Shown: positions 29,078-40,236, counted from the stretch's first letter. The stretch is DNA of 64,000 nt from Sphingobacterium thalpophilum (GCA_943372285.1 CALRYA010000004.1:65517-129516), one strand, 5' to 3'. Notes: a model not told the origin generated them from the sequence alone. Translations and numbers: made by a program.

Positions 29078-29538
29078 GGCAATACTTTTTCTATTCGAAT
29101 ACCAACATTCAACACTCCACTTAAAGGATCTTCACGCATAATTTGTTGTAATGTAAATGTATAATTACCGGCTTTTAATTTTTGAGGGCTTCTGGTTAAC
29201 CTAATTCGATGATCGAAAATATCATCCATACCAGTTCCTAACCAACCTTTCTTATTATCGGCTAATAATAGATTTACTTTTTGAGTTTTGGCTGTATCAT
29301 TTGGAGCTACTGTAGTAATATTCAACCAACAATTATTGTAACGATAGATGTCTTCATGACGGATAATGGCATAAATCTGATACAATGAACTGGTATCTGT
29401 AATGGTGAATGTAAAACTGGGTTTTACTGCACTGCTCCAGCTATGCTCCTTGAAAAAACTATTTTTCTCGAATATACCAATGGTATCGCAACTCACTAAA
29501 AAGACAATCAACAACAAGCACAAGCCTAGTTTTTTCAC
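29074..29538 (-). CDS. gldH: small lipoprotein, probably gliding-motility lipoprotein GldH
   Basis: 154 aa with lipobox LVSC|DT. The pattern SW...F.F.I.D....Y.IY..IRH...Y.YNN.WL...T..P......Q...L.LA...G.W.G.G..DI and the C-terminal MRE..L.GV.NVGIRIEK match my memory of the TIGR03511 GldH family. Its stop overlaps the kinase start (ATGA). Confidence 0.5.
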   Translation of the reverse strand: MKKLGLCLLLIVFLVSCDTIGIFEKNSFFKEHSWSSAVKPSFTFTITDTSSLYQIYAIIRHEDIYRYNNCWLNITTVAPNDTAKTQKVNLLLADNKKGWLGTGMDDIFDHRIRLTRSPQKLKAGNYTFTLQQIMREDPLSGVLNVGIRIEKVLP

Positions 29539-29577
29539 GTCCTATATTTTAAACGAAGATAAAGAGAATCACCAATT

Positions 29578-30453
29578 CTATAGAACGTTTAATATTTGTT
29601 CTTTGGCTTTTTCTAATTCATCTTTCATTAGGATGACCGCTTTTTGAATAGTAGAATCATAGGCTTTAGAGCCAGTTGTATTGATTTCTCGACCAAATTC
29701 CTGTAAAATAAAATTGAGTTTTTTGCCCTTTGCCGTTTCTTTTTCGGCTAGAATAGACCTAAAATAGGCACAGTGATTGTTTAATCGTACTTGTTCTTCG
29801 CTGATATCAATTTTTTCGATGTAAAATATGAGCTCCTGTTCCAATCGGTTGGGATCGTAGTTTTCCTTTCCTACATTGTCTTCTAAGACTTTTTTCAATC
29901 CTTCGAGAATTTTGGTTCTTCTCAATGGCTCTAACTCAGCTACAATTTTTTGCTGGGCTTCTATATTAGATAATCGCAACAATAGATCGGCTTCAATCGA
30001 TTTGCCTTCGTCTAATCTATGGGCATTCAGATGAGCGATAGCTTCATTGATTAATTGAGCCAGGGATTTCCACTCCTCATCGGTGAGTATTTCGGTGGAA
30101 GCAGTAATTACTTCTGGTAGTTTCAGAATAGTACTTAAGATATCCCCTTTTTCCAGATTCAGTTCATCGGCCAAAGCAGCAACTGGCAAGTAGTAAGCTT
30201 TTGCTAATTCAGTATTAATAGTAACCGGTTTATTGGAACCATTTAATTTTAAATTGATATTGCATTCAACACTTCCTCTCTGCAAACCTTCGCTCAACAA
30301 ATTCCGAACTTCAAATTCAAAAGGTTTAACAATTGAAGGGATATTCAATCTTAAATCGAATTGTTTACCATTGAGTGACCTTACTTCTACCAGAAAATTC
30401 TTGTCTCCGATAGCTTGTTCGGCCCTACCATAACCTGTCATTGAATGCAGCAT
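29578..30453 (-). CDS. yicC: YicC-family protein (stress-induced endoribonuclease family)
   Basis: 291 aa. The N-terminus MLHSMTGYGRAE and the C-terminal EFGREINTTGSKA motif are characteristic of YicC. Confidence 0.88.
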   Translation of the reverse strand: MLHSMTGYGRAEQAIGDKNFLVEVRSLNGKQFDLRLNIPSIVKPFEFEVRNLLSEGLQRGSVECNINLKLNGSNKPVTINTELAKAYYLPVAALADELNLEKGDILSTILKLPEVITASTEILTDEEWKSLAQLINEAIAHLNAHRLDEGKSIEADLLLRLSNIEAQQKIVAELEPLRRTKILEGLKKVLEDNVGKENYDPNRLEQELIFYIEKIDISEEQVRLNNHCAYFRSILAEKETAKGKKLNFILQEFGREINTTGSKAYDSTIQKAVILMKDELEKAKEQILNVL

Positions 30454-30497
30454 AAATACCTGTTTGCGTAAAAGTAATGGAACAAAGGGAGATTTTA

Positions 30498-31235
30498 CTA
30501 AAAATCAATGCCTACCCATTTACGTTTGCTTTTTTCGTATTTCTCAAAATTAAATTTATAGAGTTTTCCGGGGCGGTGAGATACATCCTGTTCCAATTCA
30601 TTGATATCAATCAACAAATCCATAGAAGCAAATTTTTTACGGAAATTTCTTCTGTCTAAAGTAACACCTAGTATAGCTTCGTATAAGTTTTGCAGCTCCC
30701 TCAATGAAAATTTATCTGGCAGCAGGTTAAAGCCCAAAGGATGTTCCTGAATATTTTTTTGTAGCCAATTATGACAATATTCCATGATTTCTTTATGGTC
30801 AAAGGCAAGATCTTTAATGGAATGGTAATTATACCAGTCGAGTTCATGATCATGTATGTTCAGCGCATGGTGTTGTATATTTAATAAGGAGCAATAAGCA
30901 ATGGTAATAACCCTTCCGCCAGGATGACGAGCCGGTTTTCCGAATACACGAACTTGATCTAGAAAAACATTGTTCATTCCTGTTCTTTCCTTCAGAATTC
31001 GGTATGCTGCGTCATCTAGGTCCTCATTGTCTTTAACAAAATCTCCTAATAAAGACAGCTTATTTTTATAGACTTTAAGATCACTTTTGATGAGCAAAAC
31101 TTTGAGTTTATTCTCTTCAAATCCAAAAATCACACAATCCACTGTTAATGGCACTTTAGGGTAGGAAAGCACCAATGGAACAGCATCTTGTATCAGCCGT
31201 TGGGAAGCAATATCCTGATCCCGCTTTATATTCAT
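30498..31235 (-). CDS. NrtR-like transcriptional regulator (degenerate Nudix domain + C-terminal winged helix)
   Basis: 245 aa. The Nudix-box region GDFVKDNEDLDDAAYRILKERTGM lacks two of the REUxEE glutamates. The C-terminal FSLRELQNLYEAILGVTLDRRNFRKKF is typical of the NrtR family. Confidence 0.7.
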   Translation of the reverse strand: MNIKRDQDIASQRLIQDAVPLVLSYPKVPLTVDCVIFGFEENKLKVLLIKSDLKVYKNKLSLLGDFVKDNEDLDDAAYRILKERTGMNNVFLDQVRVFGKPARHPGGRVITIAYCSLLNIQHHALNIHDHELDWYNYHSIKDLAFDHKEIMEYCHNWLQKNIQEHPLGFNLLPDKFSLRELQNLYEAILGVTLDRRNFRKKFASMDLLIDINELEQDVSHRPGKLYKFNFEKYEKSKRKWVGIDF

Positions 31236-31295
31236 AGTAGCATCGTTAGAAAATGGGATTAACCCAACAATCGTTTAGCAATATACAAAGTTTAG

Positions 31296-33440
<2,145 letters not shown>

Positions 33441-33446
33441 AACAAT

Positions 33447-34118
33447 ATGCTTCAAAACACCACTCTTACTTTTTTAAAAAATCTCAAAAAAAACAACAAC
33501 AAAGCCTGGTTTGATACCAATAGGCCGAAATACGAAATAGCTAAGGCTGACTTTGTAGAGTTGGTGAAAATTACTTTGGAGGCATTTATCAAAAAGGACA
33601 AAACATTGGACACACTTACATTTAATGATTGCATGTTCAGGATAAACAGAGATGTAAGATTCAGTAAAAATAAAGACCCATATAAAACCAATATGGCTAT
33701 GTATTTTGTAAAGGGTGGAAAAAAATCGAATTTAGCAGGGTATTATTTTCATTGCGAGCCAGGAGGAAAGAGCTTTGTGGGAGGAGGCTTGTATGGAGGC
33801 GAAGCAGATCAAATAAAAAAAGTAAGACAAGAAATAGATTATAACTGGGAAGAATTCAGTGGAATCATCACTAACAAAACATTTAAAAAATATTTTGGCG
33901 ATTTATCGAGAGATATGGCCAACAGTTTACAACGAGAACCCAAAGGTTACGAGAAAGACAATCCAGCCATTGATTATTTAAAAATGAAAAGTTGGGTAGC
34001 ATCTATGCCCATTAGCGATACCGATTTGACCGACCCCCATCTTTCTAAAAAAATAATTGAAGCATTTACAGCAATGCAACAATTGAATCATTTTTTTAAT
34101 AGAGCCCTCGAAGAATAG
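33447..34118 (+). CDS. DUF2461 (TIGR02453) family protein
   Basis: 223 aa with the F.FLK.LKKNNNK.WF..N...Y N-terminal signature and a RINRDVRFSK motif. Confidence 0.75.
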   Translation: MLQNTTLTFLKNLKKNNNKAWFDTNRPKYEIAKADFVELVKITLEAFIKKDKTLDTLTFNDCMFRINRDVRFSKNKDPYKTNMAMYFVKGGKKSNLAGYYFHCEPGGKSFVGGGLYGGEADQIKKVRQEIDYNWEEFSGIITNKTFKKYFGDLSRDMANSLQREPKGYEKDNPAIDYLKMKSWVASMPISDTDLTDPHLSKKIIEAFTAMQQLNHFFNRALEE

Positions 34119-34122
34119 AATA

Positions 34123-34149
34123 GTTATTGGTTATTGGTTATTGGGTTAT
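34123..34149. repeat. heptamer tandem repeat (GTTATTG x3 plus a partial unit) between convergent genes
   Basis: gttattggttattggttattgggttat, read directly. It overlaps the stop codon of the minus-strand gene. Confidence 0.9.
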
Positions 34150-35351
34150 AAGTAACTAAGCCACCATTTTTTATGAGTTGATTTGTATCGATCGTATTTT
34201 TTACAGATTGGATATAATATGAACATGAGTATTACCCAAACAACATATACTACCCACAAAGGATAGCCCCATTGAATATTTCTAAATAAAAATGGCGAAT
34301 TATAATCGATAATATCTTTTACTCCTTTACCAGATATAAAAAATAATATAACACAAGTTAGGTGTACGAGGAAAAAATGCCATAGATAATAATAAAATGC
34401 AACACGTCCGAACACACTTACTTTTCTGGTCCAAGCAGCAGAAGTTTTTTCCAATAAAGACAATGCTACTAACGCAGGTCCTAAAGTAATACAGCAATAA
34501 AGTAAAGAAGGCGGGTATTTAGTTACATTGAAAAATGAAATGATGGTATAAGCTGTTCCACGCGGTTGAATGGCCCATTTACTTGGGTCTCCATATACAT
34601 TGGTGTATCGCAAAATAACATAGAAGATAATTGTTGAGATGCCAGCCAAGAGAAGTTGTTGCTGTCTTTTATTCGAATCATAATCTTTATTATACCATAT
34701 GCCCATACAATATCCCAACATCATCAAACCTATCCAAGGAATAATCGGATAACCAATGGCCAAAAAACGCATTGGTGCATATTCAAGAAAAGCTTGTTGA
34801 TGAATGATAGCAAACCAAAAAGGTATTTTAGTTGGATCTTGGTAATTAAACTGGTCCAATAGATTATGGCCAAAAATCATTGTAATGGCAATCAATAATA
34901 TAAATCTAAAAGACAAATAAATAATGGCTGACATTAAGACCATCGAAAGCCCAATCACCCAAATAACTTGTAGCATCACAAAATTATATAAGGGATTAAA
35001 GCTCATTAACAAATTCACAATGGCTATTTCTGCAAACATGAACCAGAGCCCTCTCTTTAATAAAAAAATGGAGAGCTCTTTCTTGGATTTTCGTTGTGCT
35101 TGCAAATAAATGGAAATGCCCGAAAGAAAAACAAAAACTGGTGCACAATAATGAGTGATGAATCTCGTGAAGAAAACTGCTGGAGAAGTGGATGCTAAAC
35201 TGGTAGGATCCTGAGCCATTCCATGAATATGAATAAAGTCACGTATATGATCAATGGCCATGATCATCATTACAATACCTCTAAGGATATCGATACTTAA
35301 GATGCGTTGTTTAATGGAACTGGTTTGCTGCGATTCAATCTCTTGATTCAT
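34146..35351 (-). CDS. DUF1624/HGSNAT-like polytopic membrane protein (putative acyltransferase family)
   Basis: 401 aa with about 10 hydrophobic segments. The N-terminal SIDILRGIVMMIMAIDH motif is typical of DUF1624. Confidence 0.6.
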   Translation of the reverse strand: MNQEIESQQTSSIKQRILSIDILRGIVMMIMAIDHIRDFIHIHGMAQDPTSLASTSPAVFFTRFITHYCAPVFVFLSGISIYLQAQRKSKKELSIFLLKRGLWFMFAEIAIVNLLMSFNPLYNFVMLQVIWVIGLSMVLMSAIIYLSFRFILLIAITMIFGHNLLDQFNYQDPTKIPFWFAIIHQQAFLEYAPMRFLAIGYPIIPWIGLMMLGYCMGIWYNKDYDSNKRQQQLLLAGISTIIFYVILRYTNVYGDPSKWAIQPRGTAYTIISFFNVTKYPPSLLYCCITLGPALVALSLLEKTSAAWTRKVSVFGRVAFYYYLWHFFLVHLTCVILFFISGKGVKDIIDYNSPFLFRNIQWGYPLWVVYVVWVILMFILYPICKKYDRYKSTHKKWWLSYL

Positions 35352-35413
35352 GCAATTAAAATAAGGGATTTATTAGAAATTAATATATGATCAAGGGATA
35401 AAGCTTATTTAAA

Positions 35414-36724
35414 CTACCTATTCTCCTCGCTAATCCAATGAAATTGCTTTTCTGCTAGTTGAAAATGGCGTTTAGACTTTTTAAGTACTGCATAAACAGA
35501 ATCGGTTTTTCTATTTCCTCTCAATTGTATGGTTAGGCTATCAGGCATTGAATAATTAAACACATATAATGGTATACTATCTCTTTTTGTAGTAATACGG
35601 ATAGTAGAGTTGCTTGTATCTATTTTGAAATTAAAATAGCCCCTGCGATAACGCTGCCTAAATGCAGTATCAGTTGAACCTACACTTCCGGTTCCATTCT
35701 GTTCAAAAACCAGATTACTCCATCTTATAGAATCATTGATCAGTGCAGGAATAGTATCCTTATTGATTGCAAACACTTCAACATCATACATTCCAGGTGT
35801 AATTGGCTTTATGCTTGTACCCTGACTTCTTTGGGTATAAAATTGATAGGAAGAGAATATCGGGCCCCCAACAAAAAAAATACACGCAAAAATTTTCAAA
35901 ACAATTCTAGTATTTCGCATCCATTTTTTTGTATAATTAAAATCATTTAGATCTGTGCCTGTAACTGACTTATTCAACAAGAATAAATCAACCAATCGTT
36001 TCGCATCTTCTGCCAGAAGATAAAAACAGTAAATAACCATATGGATGGCAAATATTTTTACAGGAATATCATAACTTAAATTCAACATCATCACATTGGA
36101 GAATACGCCTAAAGCAATTAATAAGCCAAGTGTAATCGTTTTTCTATTCAATAATAATATCCCAGCAATCACTTCCATCAACCCAGAAAAAAACTGATAC
36201 TTTGCTGAATACCCAATAAACATCCATGATAATCTCATAGGCAATAAATCACCTAATGATGTTGCCAATTGACTTTGTGATGGAAATGGCATTTGTAAAC
36301 CAAACATTTTATCAATTCCATATACCATACAGATGATGATAATCAGATAACGGAGAAAAGTTCTTAACCAATAACTTGCTTGTTGATAATGCGGTCTTTT
36401 TCTATCTAAAACTGTCCAAATCAACATTCCAACAAAAGCAATTAATAAAAAACTAAATAATTCTGCCCAGTCATATGAAGTATCTCCACTGCCATTATAC
36501 ATTGGTTGCACATTGGAATAAAAAAAGAATTGATGATTCAACATTTGAACCATCCAGGTAATTACATTTCTATAATAATCGGTGATTATATTGATTCCAG
36601 GAATTACCTGATCTAGCCATGTCCAGGGTGCTATTCTCAAGAAAAAATAAATAAATAAAAATCGAAAAATGATCTTTTGGATGAAAGTCCAAGGCTTTAG
36701 TTCCGAATTGGATGAAATATTCAT
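35414..36724 (-). CDS. hypothetical polytopic membrane protein with ~130-aa C-terminal soluble domain (possibly DoxX-like N-terminal half)
   Basis: 436 aa with multiple TM segments (FRFLFIYFFLRIAPW, GLMEVIAGILLL...). No catalytic motif recognised. Confidence 0.45.
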   Translation of the reverse strand: MNISSNSELKPWTFIQKIIFRFLFIYFFLRIAPWTWLDQVIPGINIITDYYRNVITWMVQMLNHQFFFYSNVQPMYNGSGDTSYDWAELFSFLLIAFVGMLIWTVLDRKRPHYQQASYWLRTFLRYLIIIICMVYGIDKMFGLQMPFPSQSQLATSLGDLLPMRLSWMFIGYSAKYQFFSGLMEVIAGILLLNRKTITLGLLIALGVFSNVMMLNLSYDIPVKIFAIHMVIYCFYLLAEDAKRLVDLFLLNKSVTGTDLNDFNYTKKWMRNTRIVLKIFACIFFVGGPIFSSYQFYTQRSQGTSIKPITPGMYDVEVFAINKDTIPALINDSIRWSNLVFEQNGTGSVGSTDTAFRQRYRRGYFNFKIDTSNSTIRITTKRDSIPLYVFNYSMPDSLTIQLRGNRKTDSVYAVLKKSKRHFQLAEKQFHWISEENR

Positions 36725-36764
36725 TTGTAAAAATTATTCACTAATTTACTAAAATATTTTAAAT

Positions 36765-37214
36765 ATGATCACCCACAAAACCATTGCATTGATTGCACAC
36801 GATGCTCGAAAGAGCGATATGATTCAATGGGTGATATTCAATGCAGAAACATTGCTCAAAAATAAATTAGTTTGTACAGGCACTACAGGCGGATTAATTG
36901 AAAAAGCTTTAGCAGAAATAGTTGGGCCTGATTTTGAATCGAATGTTACTAAAATGTTATCTGGGCCAATGGGTGGTGATGCACAAATTGCAGCAATGGT
37001 GGTGGAAGAAAAAATTGATTTATGTGTTTTTTTAATAGATGATTTAACAGCCAACCCTCATGAAGCTGATATTCAAATGCTGTTAAGACAATGCAGATTA
37101 CACAATATACCTGTGGCTATTAATCGACATTCTGCTGACCTAATGATTACTTCATCTTTATGGGGAACAAAGTATGCTCCTACTGATCCTACATATAAAA
37201 AGTTTAAGCGGTAA
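36765..37214 (+). CDS. mgsA: methylglyoxal synthase
   Basis: 149 aa with IALIAHDARKSDM, CTGTTGGLI and GPMGGDAQI motifs. Confidence 0.9.
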   Translation: MITHKTIALIAHDARKSDMIQWVIFNAETLLKNKLVCTGTTGGLIEKALAEIVGPDFESNVTKMLSGPMGGDAQIAAMVVEEKIDLCVFLIDDLTANPHEADIQMLLRQCRLHNIPVAINRHSADLMITSSLWGTKYAPTDPTYKKFKR

Positions 37215-37328
37215 ATAATTATTTTACCGCTTCTGTATTATCAAACCTACTGAATAAGATTGCAATGTTATTAATTTGAGTTGCTCATTGCAAATCATTT
37301 ACTTTTTATATTCCCTGAAGATTCCGTT

Positions 37329-38321
37329 TTATGCAATAATCCCTTTCTCCATTAAGTACTCTGCAATTTGTACCGCGTTCGTGGCAGCCCCTTTGCGGAG
37401 ATTATCACTTACAATCCACATGTTCAAAGTATTCGGCTGAGTTTCATCTCGGCGAATCCGTCCTACGAAAACTTCGTCTTTTTCATGAGCCCATAAAGGC
37501 ATTGGATATTGTTGATTGGCAATATCATCCTGCACAATCACACCTGGTGCGGCTGCTAAAATGGCTTTTAGTTCTGCAATATCAAAATCATTGGCAAATT
37601 CTATATTCACACTTTCGCTGTGTCCACCCATTACTGGTATACGAACTGTTGTTGCAGTTACTCTAATAGAATCGTCTTGCATGATTTTATTGGTTTCCTT
37701 CACCATCTTCATTTCTTCCTTGGTGTAACCATTGTCTAAAAAAACATCGATCTGAGGAATTACATTTAGATCGATTGCATATTTGTACGCCATTTCTCCT
37801 TCTACTCCATTTCTTTCGTTCATCAATTGATCTACGGCTTTTTTTCCAGTTCCTGTAACACTTTGATAAGTGCTTACTACAACACGTTTGATTGTATATT
37901 TTAAATGCAAAGGCTGTAATGCCACCACCATTTGAATAGTAGAACAGTTTGGATTTGCGATTATAAAATCATCCTTGGTTAATACTGCTGCATTTACTTC
38001 TGGTACCACTAATTTTTTTGTAGGATCCATTCTCCAAGCAGATGAATTGTCAATCACTCTTATTCCAGCAGCAGCATATTTAGGTGCCCACTCCAATGAT
38101 GTTCCACCTCCTGCAGAAAAAATAGCTACCGCAGGTTTTGCATCAATTCCATCTTGCATACTCACTACTTTAAATGCTTTCCCTTTAAAGTTTACTTCTT
38201 TACCTACTGACCTTTCAGAAGCAACCGGTACTATTTCTGTTACCGGAAAATTGCGTTCTGCTAATACCTGCAACATTTTTGTTCCTACTAAACCTGTTGC
38301 TCCTACTACTGCTACTTTCAT
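37329..38321 (-). CDS. asd: aspartate-semialdehyde dehydrogenase
   Basis: 330 aa. NAD(P)-binding motif MKVAVVGATGLVG, active-site NPNCSTI and C-terminal SDNLRKGAATNAVQIAE. Confidence 0.93.
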   Translation of the reverse strand: MKVAVVGATGLVGTKMLQVLAERNFPVTEIVPVASERSVGKEVNFKGKAFKVVSMQDGIDAKPAVAIFSAGGGTSLEWAPKYAAAGIRVIDNSSAWRMDPTKKLVVPEVNAAVLTKDDFIIANPNCSTIQMVVALQPLHLKYTIKRVVVSTYQSVTGTGKKAVDQLMNERNGVEGEMAYKYAIDLNVIPQIDVFLDNGYTKEEMKMVKETNKIMQDDSIRVTATTVRIPVMGGHSESVNIEFANDFDIAELKAILAAAPGVIVQDDIANQQYPMPLWAHEKDEVFVGRIRRDETQPNTLNMWIVSDNLRKGAATNAVQIAEYLMEKGIIA

Positions 38322-38396
38322 GGTGTTTTCCTCCGTCTCCCAAAGAGAGTTTTTAAATGGTTATTAATCCCTAGTTCCCCCTTTAGGGGGCAGGGG

Positions 38397-38432
38397 GTAA
38401 AAAAAGAGACCCTCCAATTTAGGAAGGTCTCT
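38397..38432 (-). terminator. rho-independent terminator between the pfkB-family kinase gene and asd
   Basis: The minus strand reads agagaccttcc/taaatt/ggagggtctct, an 11-bp stem with one G-U pair, followed by ttttttt. Confidence 0.8.
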
Positions 38433-38546
38433 GTTAATATAGTTGATATACAAACGTTCAGTACCTTCCGCTTAGCGTGGTTTCTTTGTACGTTTTGTAT
38501 GTTTCATTTTGTTCATGTAGTTACAAATATATTGTAAAAGTTTTAA

Positions 38547-39467
38547 TTATCCCAGTGAGATATCAAAATTTACTAATTGAACAAATTCTTCTAATCTGGT
38601 ATCAATATCAGATTTATTGATTTCTCTCAAACGCTCAGTTCCAAATTTCTCAACACAGAACGAAGCCATTGCACTTCCAATAATGATGGCTGTTTTCATA
38701 TTCTCAAAAGAAATATCTTTTGTTTTGGCTAAGTGACCGATGAATCCACCAGCGAAAGTATCTCCAGCTCCTGTTGGATCGAATACTTCTTCTAAAGGCA
38801 AAGCTGGTGCAAAGAATACTTTTGATTCATGGAATAACAAAGCACCATGTTCTCCTTTTTTAATGATCACATATTTAGGCCCCATGTTCATTATAGTTGC
38901 TGCTGCTCTAACCAATGAATAATCGCCACTTAATTGACGCGCTTCACTATCGTTCACCATCAACACATCAACCATCGACAATGTTTTCTTTAAATCGTCC
39001 ATTGCAATATCCATCCACAAATTCATGGTATCCAATACAATCAACTTAGGTCTATTACGTAATTGTTCTATCACCGATCTTTGAACGGCTGGTACCAAAT
39101 TCCCCAACATTAAAAATTCGCAATCCTGAAAACTTTCAGGCACAACGGGCTGGAAATTTTCTAATACATTTAATTGTGTATCGAGGGTATCTCTGCTATT
39201 CATGTCCATATGATAGCGGCCACTCCAGAAAAATGTTTTCTCATCTTTCTTAATTTGAACTCCTTCCAGATCTACATTACGATTGGTTAAAGCGTCTAAT
39301 TCAGCCTGAGGAAAATCTCCTCCAACCACTGAAATTTGCTTAACTGGAACAAAATTGGATGCGCACCAGGCAATATAAGTTCCTGCACCACCAATGATTT
39401 TATCTGTTTTTCCAAAGGGAGTTTCAATGGCATCAAAAGCCATAGACCCAACAACTACTAAAGACAT
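38547..39467 (-). CDS. PfkB-family carbohydrate kinase
   Basis: 306 aa with the C-terminal signature DPTGAGDTFAGGFIGHLA and an N-terminal GGAGTY motif. Confidence 0.85.
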   Translation of the reverse strand: MSLVVVGSMAFDAIETPFGKTDKIIGGAGTYIAWCASNFVPVKQISVVGGDFPQAELDALTNRNVDLEGVQIKKDEKTFFWSGRYHMDMNSRDTLDTQLNVLENFQPVVPESFQDCEFLMLGNLVPAVQRSVIEQLRNRPKLIVLDTMNLWMDIAMDDLKKTLSMVDVLMVNDSEARQLSGDYSLVRAAATIMNMGPKYVIIKKGEHGALLFHESKVFFAPALPLEEVFDPTGAGDTFAGGFIGHLAKTKDISFENMKTAIIIGSAMASFCVEKFGTERLREINKSDIDTRLEEFVQLVNFDISLG

Positions 39468-39528
39468 AGAATGATTTTTGTTATTGGGGAGCGAAATTAG
39501 GGCTTTATTAGGTAATAAGCGAATTCAT

Positions 39529-39567
39529 CCGGTCAGACCGAGTTGGTCTGACCGGTTTGGTCTGACC
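39529..39567. promoter_or_regulatory. three copies of the 9-bp palindrome GGTC[A/T]GACC at 14-bp spacing in the divergent pfkB/tetR promoter region
   Basis: Copies at 39531-39539, 39545-39553 and 39559-39567. The first two form an 11-bp perfect inverted repeat (ccggtcagacc gagtt ggtctgaccgg). Either an operator array or a REP-like repeat. Confidence 0.6.
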
Positions 39568-39642
39568 AGTAATCAAACTAACAAAAAAATAAAAAAAAGG
39601 TAAAATATTTGCTAACATCCGTTAGTATATTATCTTCGCCCC

Positions 39643-40236
39643 ATGGCAAGGATTAAAATAGAAAAAAACAGCTCTCGTAAAGAGGTAATCGTTAGTAAAG
39701 CAGCTGCTCTTTTTAGAGAAAAAGGGTTTAAAGCTGCAAGTATGAGAGATCTGGCCGAATCGGTTGGAGTAGAAGCGGCCAGCTTATACAATCATATTAA
39801 ATCTAAAACCGAACTGCTTCATGAAATTTGTTTTGGGGTGGCCAATCGGTTCATGCATAAAATGGATGAGGTAGAATCAGGTTCTGACAGCGCCATCGAA
39901 AAAGTAGAGCAATTGATCCGTTTTCATATTGATGAAATGGTGAACCATTACGAAGAGGTTTATGTTAGTGATCGGGAATGGAAACATTTAGCTGATCCGT
40001 ATTTATCCAATTTTCAAACACAGCGAAGAATGTATAGGAAGCGTTTTGCTGCAATCATCGAAGAAGGAATTCGCAATAAAGAAATTAAAAAAATTGATGC
40101 TCCTACTGCTGTGTTGATTCTTTTACATGCAATTGGTGGAATTGAAAGTTGGCATAGATCTACCCAAAAAATAAATGCATCGAACCTTACAGATAATATG
40201 ATTACCATTTTAGTAGGTGGCTTGGAACTGAAATAG
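39643..40236 (+). CDS. TetR/AcrR-family transcriptional regulator (heads the paa cluster)
   Basis: 197 aa with an N-terminal HTH (AAALFREKGFKAASMRDLAESVGVEAASLYNHIKSK). It ends 23 nt upstream of paaE. Confidence 0.88.
   Translation: MARIKIEKNSSRKEVIVSKAAALFREKGFKAASMRDLAESVGVEAASLYNHIKSKTELLHEICFGVANRFMHKMDEVESGSDSAIEKVEQLIRFHIDEMVNHYEEVYVSDREWKHLADPYLSNFQTQRRMYRKRFAAIIEEGIRNKEIKKIDAPTAVLILLHAIGGIESWHRSTQKINASNLTDNMITILVGGLELK

Noticed and set aside
37975-38367. 130-aa plus-strand ORF opposite the 5' part of asd
   Set aside because: It is antisense to a highly conserved enzyme gene, its composition mirrors the asd codons, and there is no recognisable domain.
38322-38546. Lysine (L-box) riboswitch upstream of asd
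   Set aside because: I could not find the multi-helix junction or conserved L-box core sequences. The structures present are a simple terminator and a short GC hairpin.
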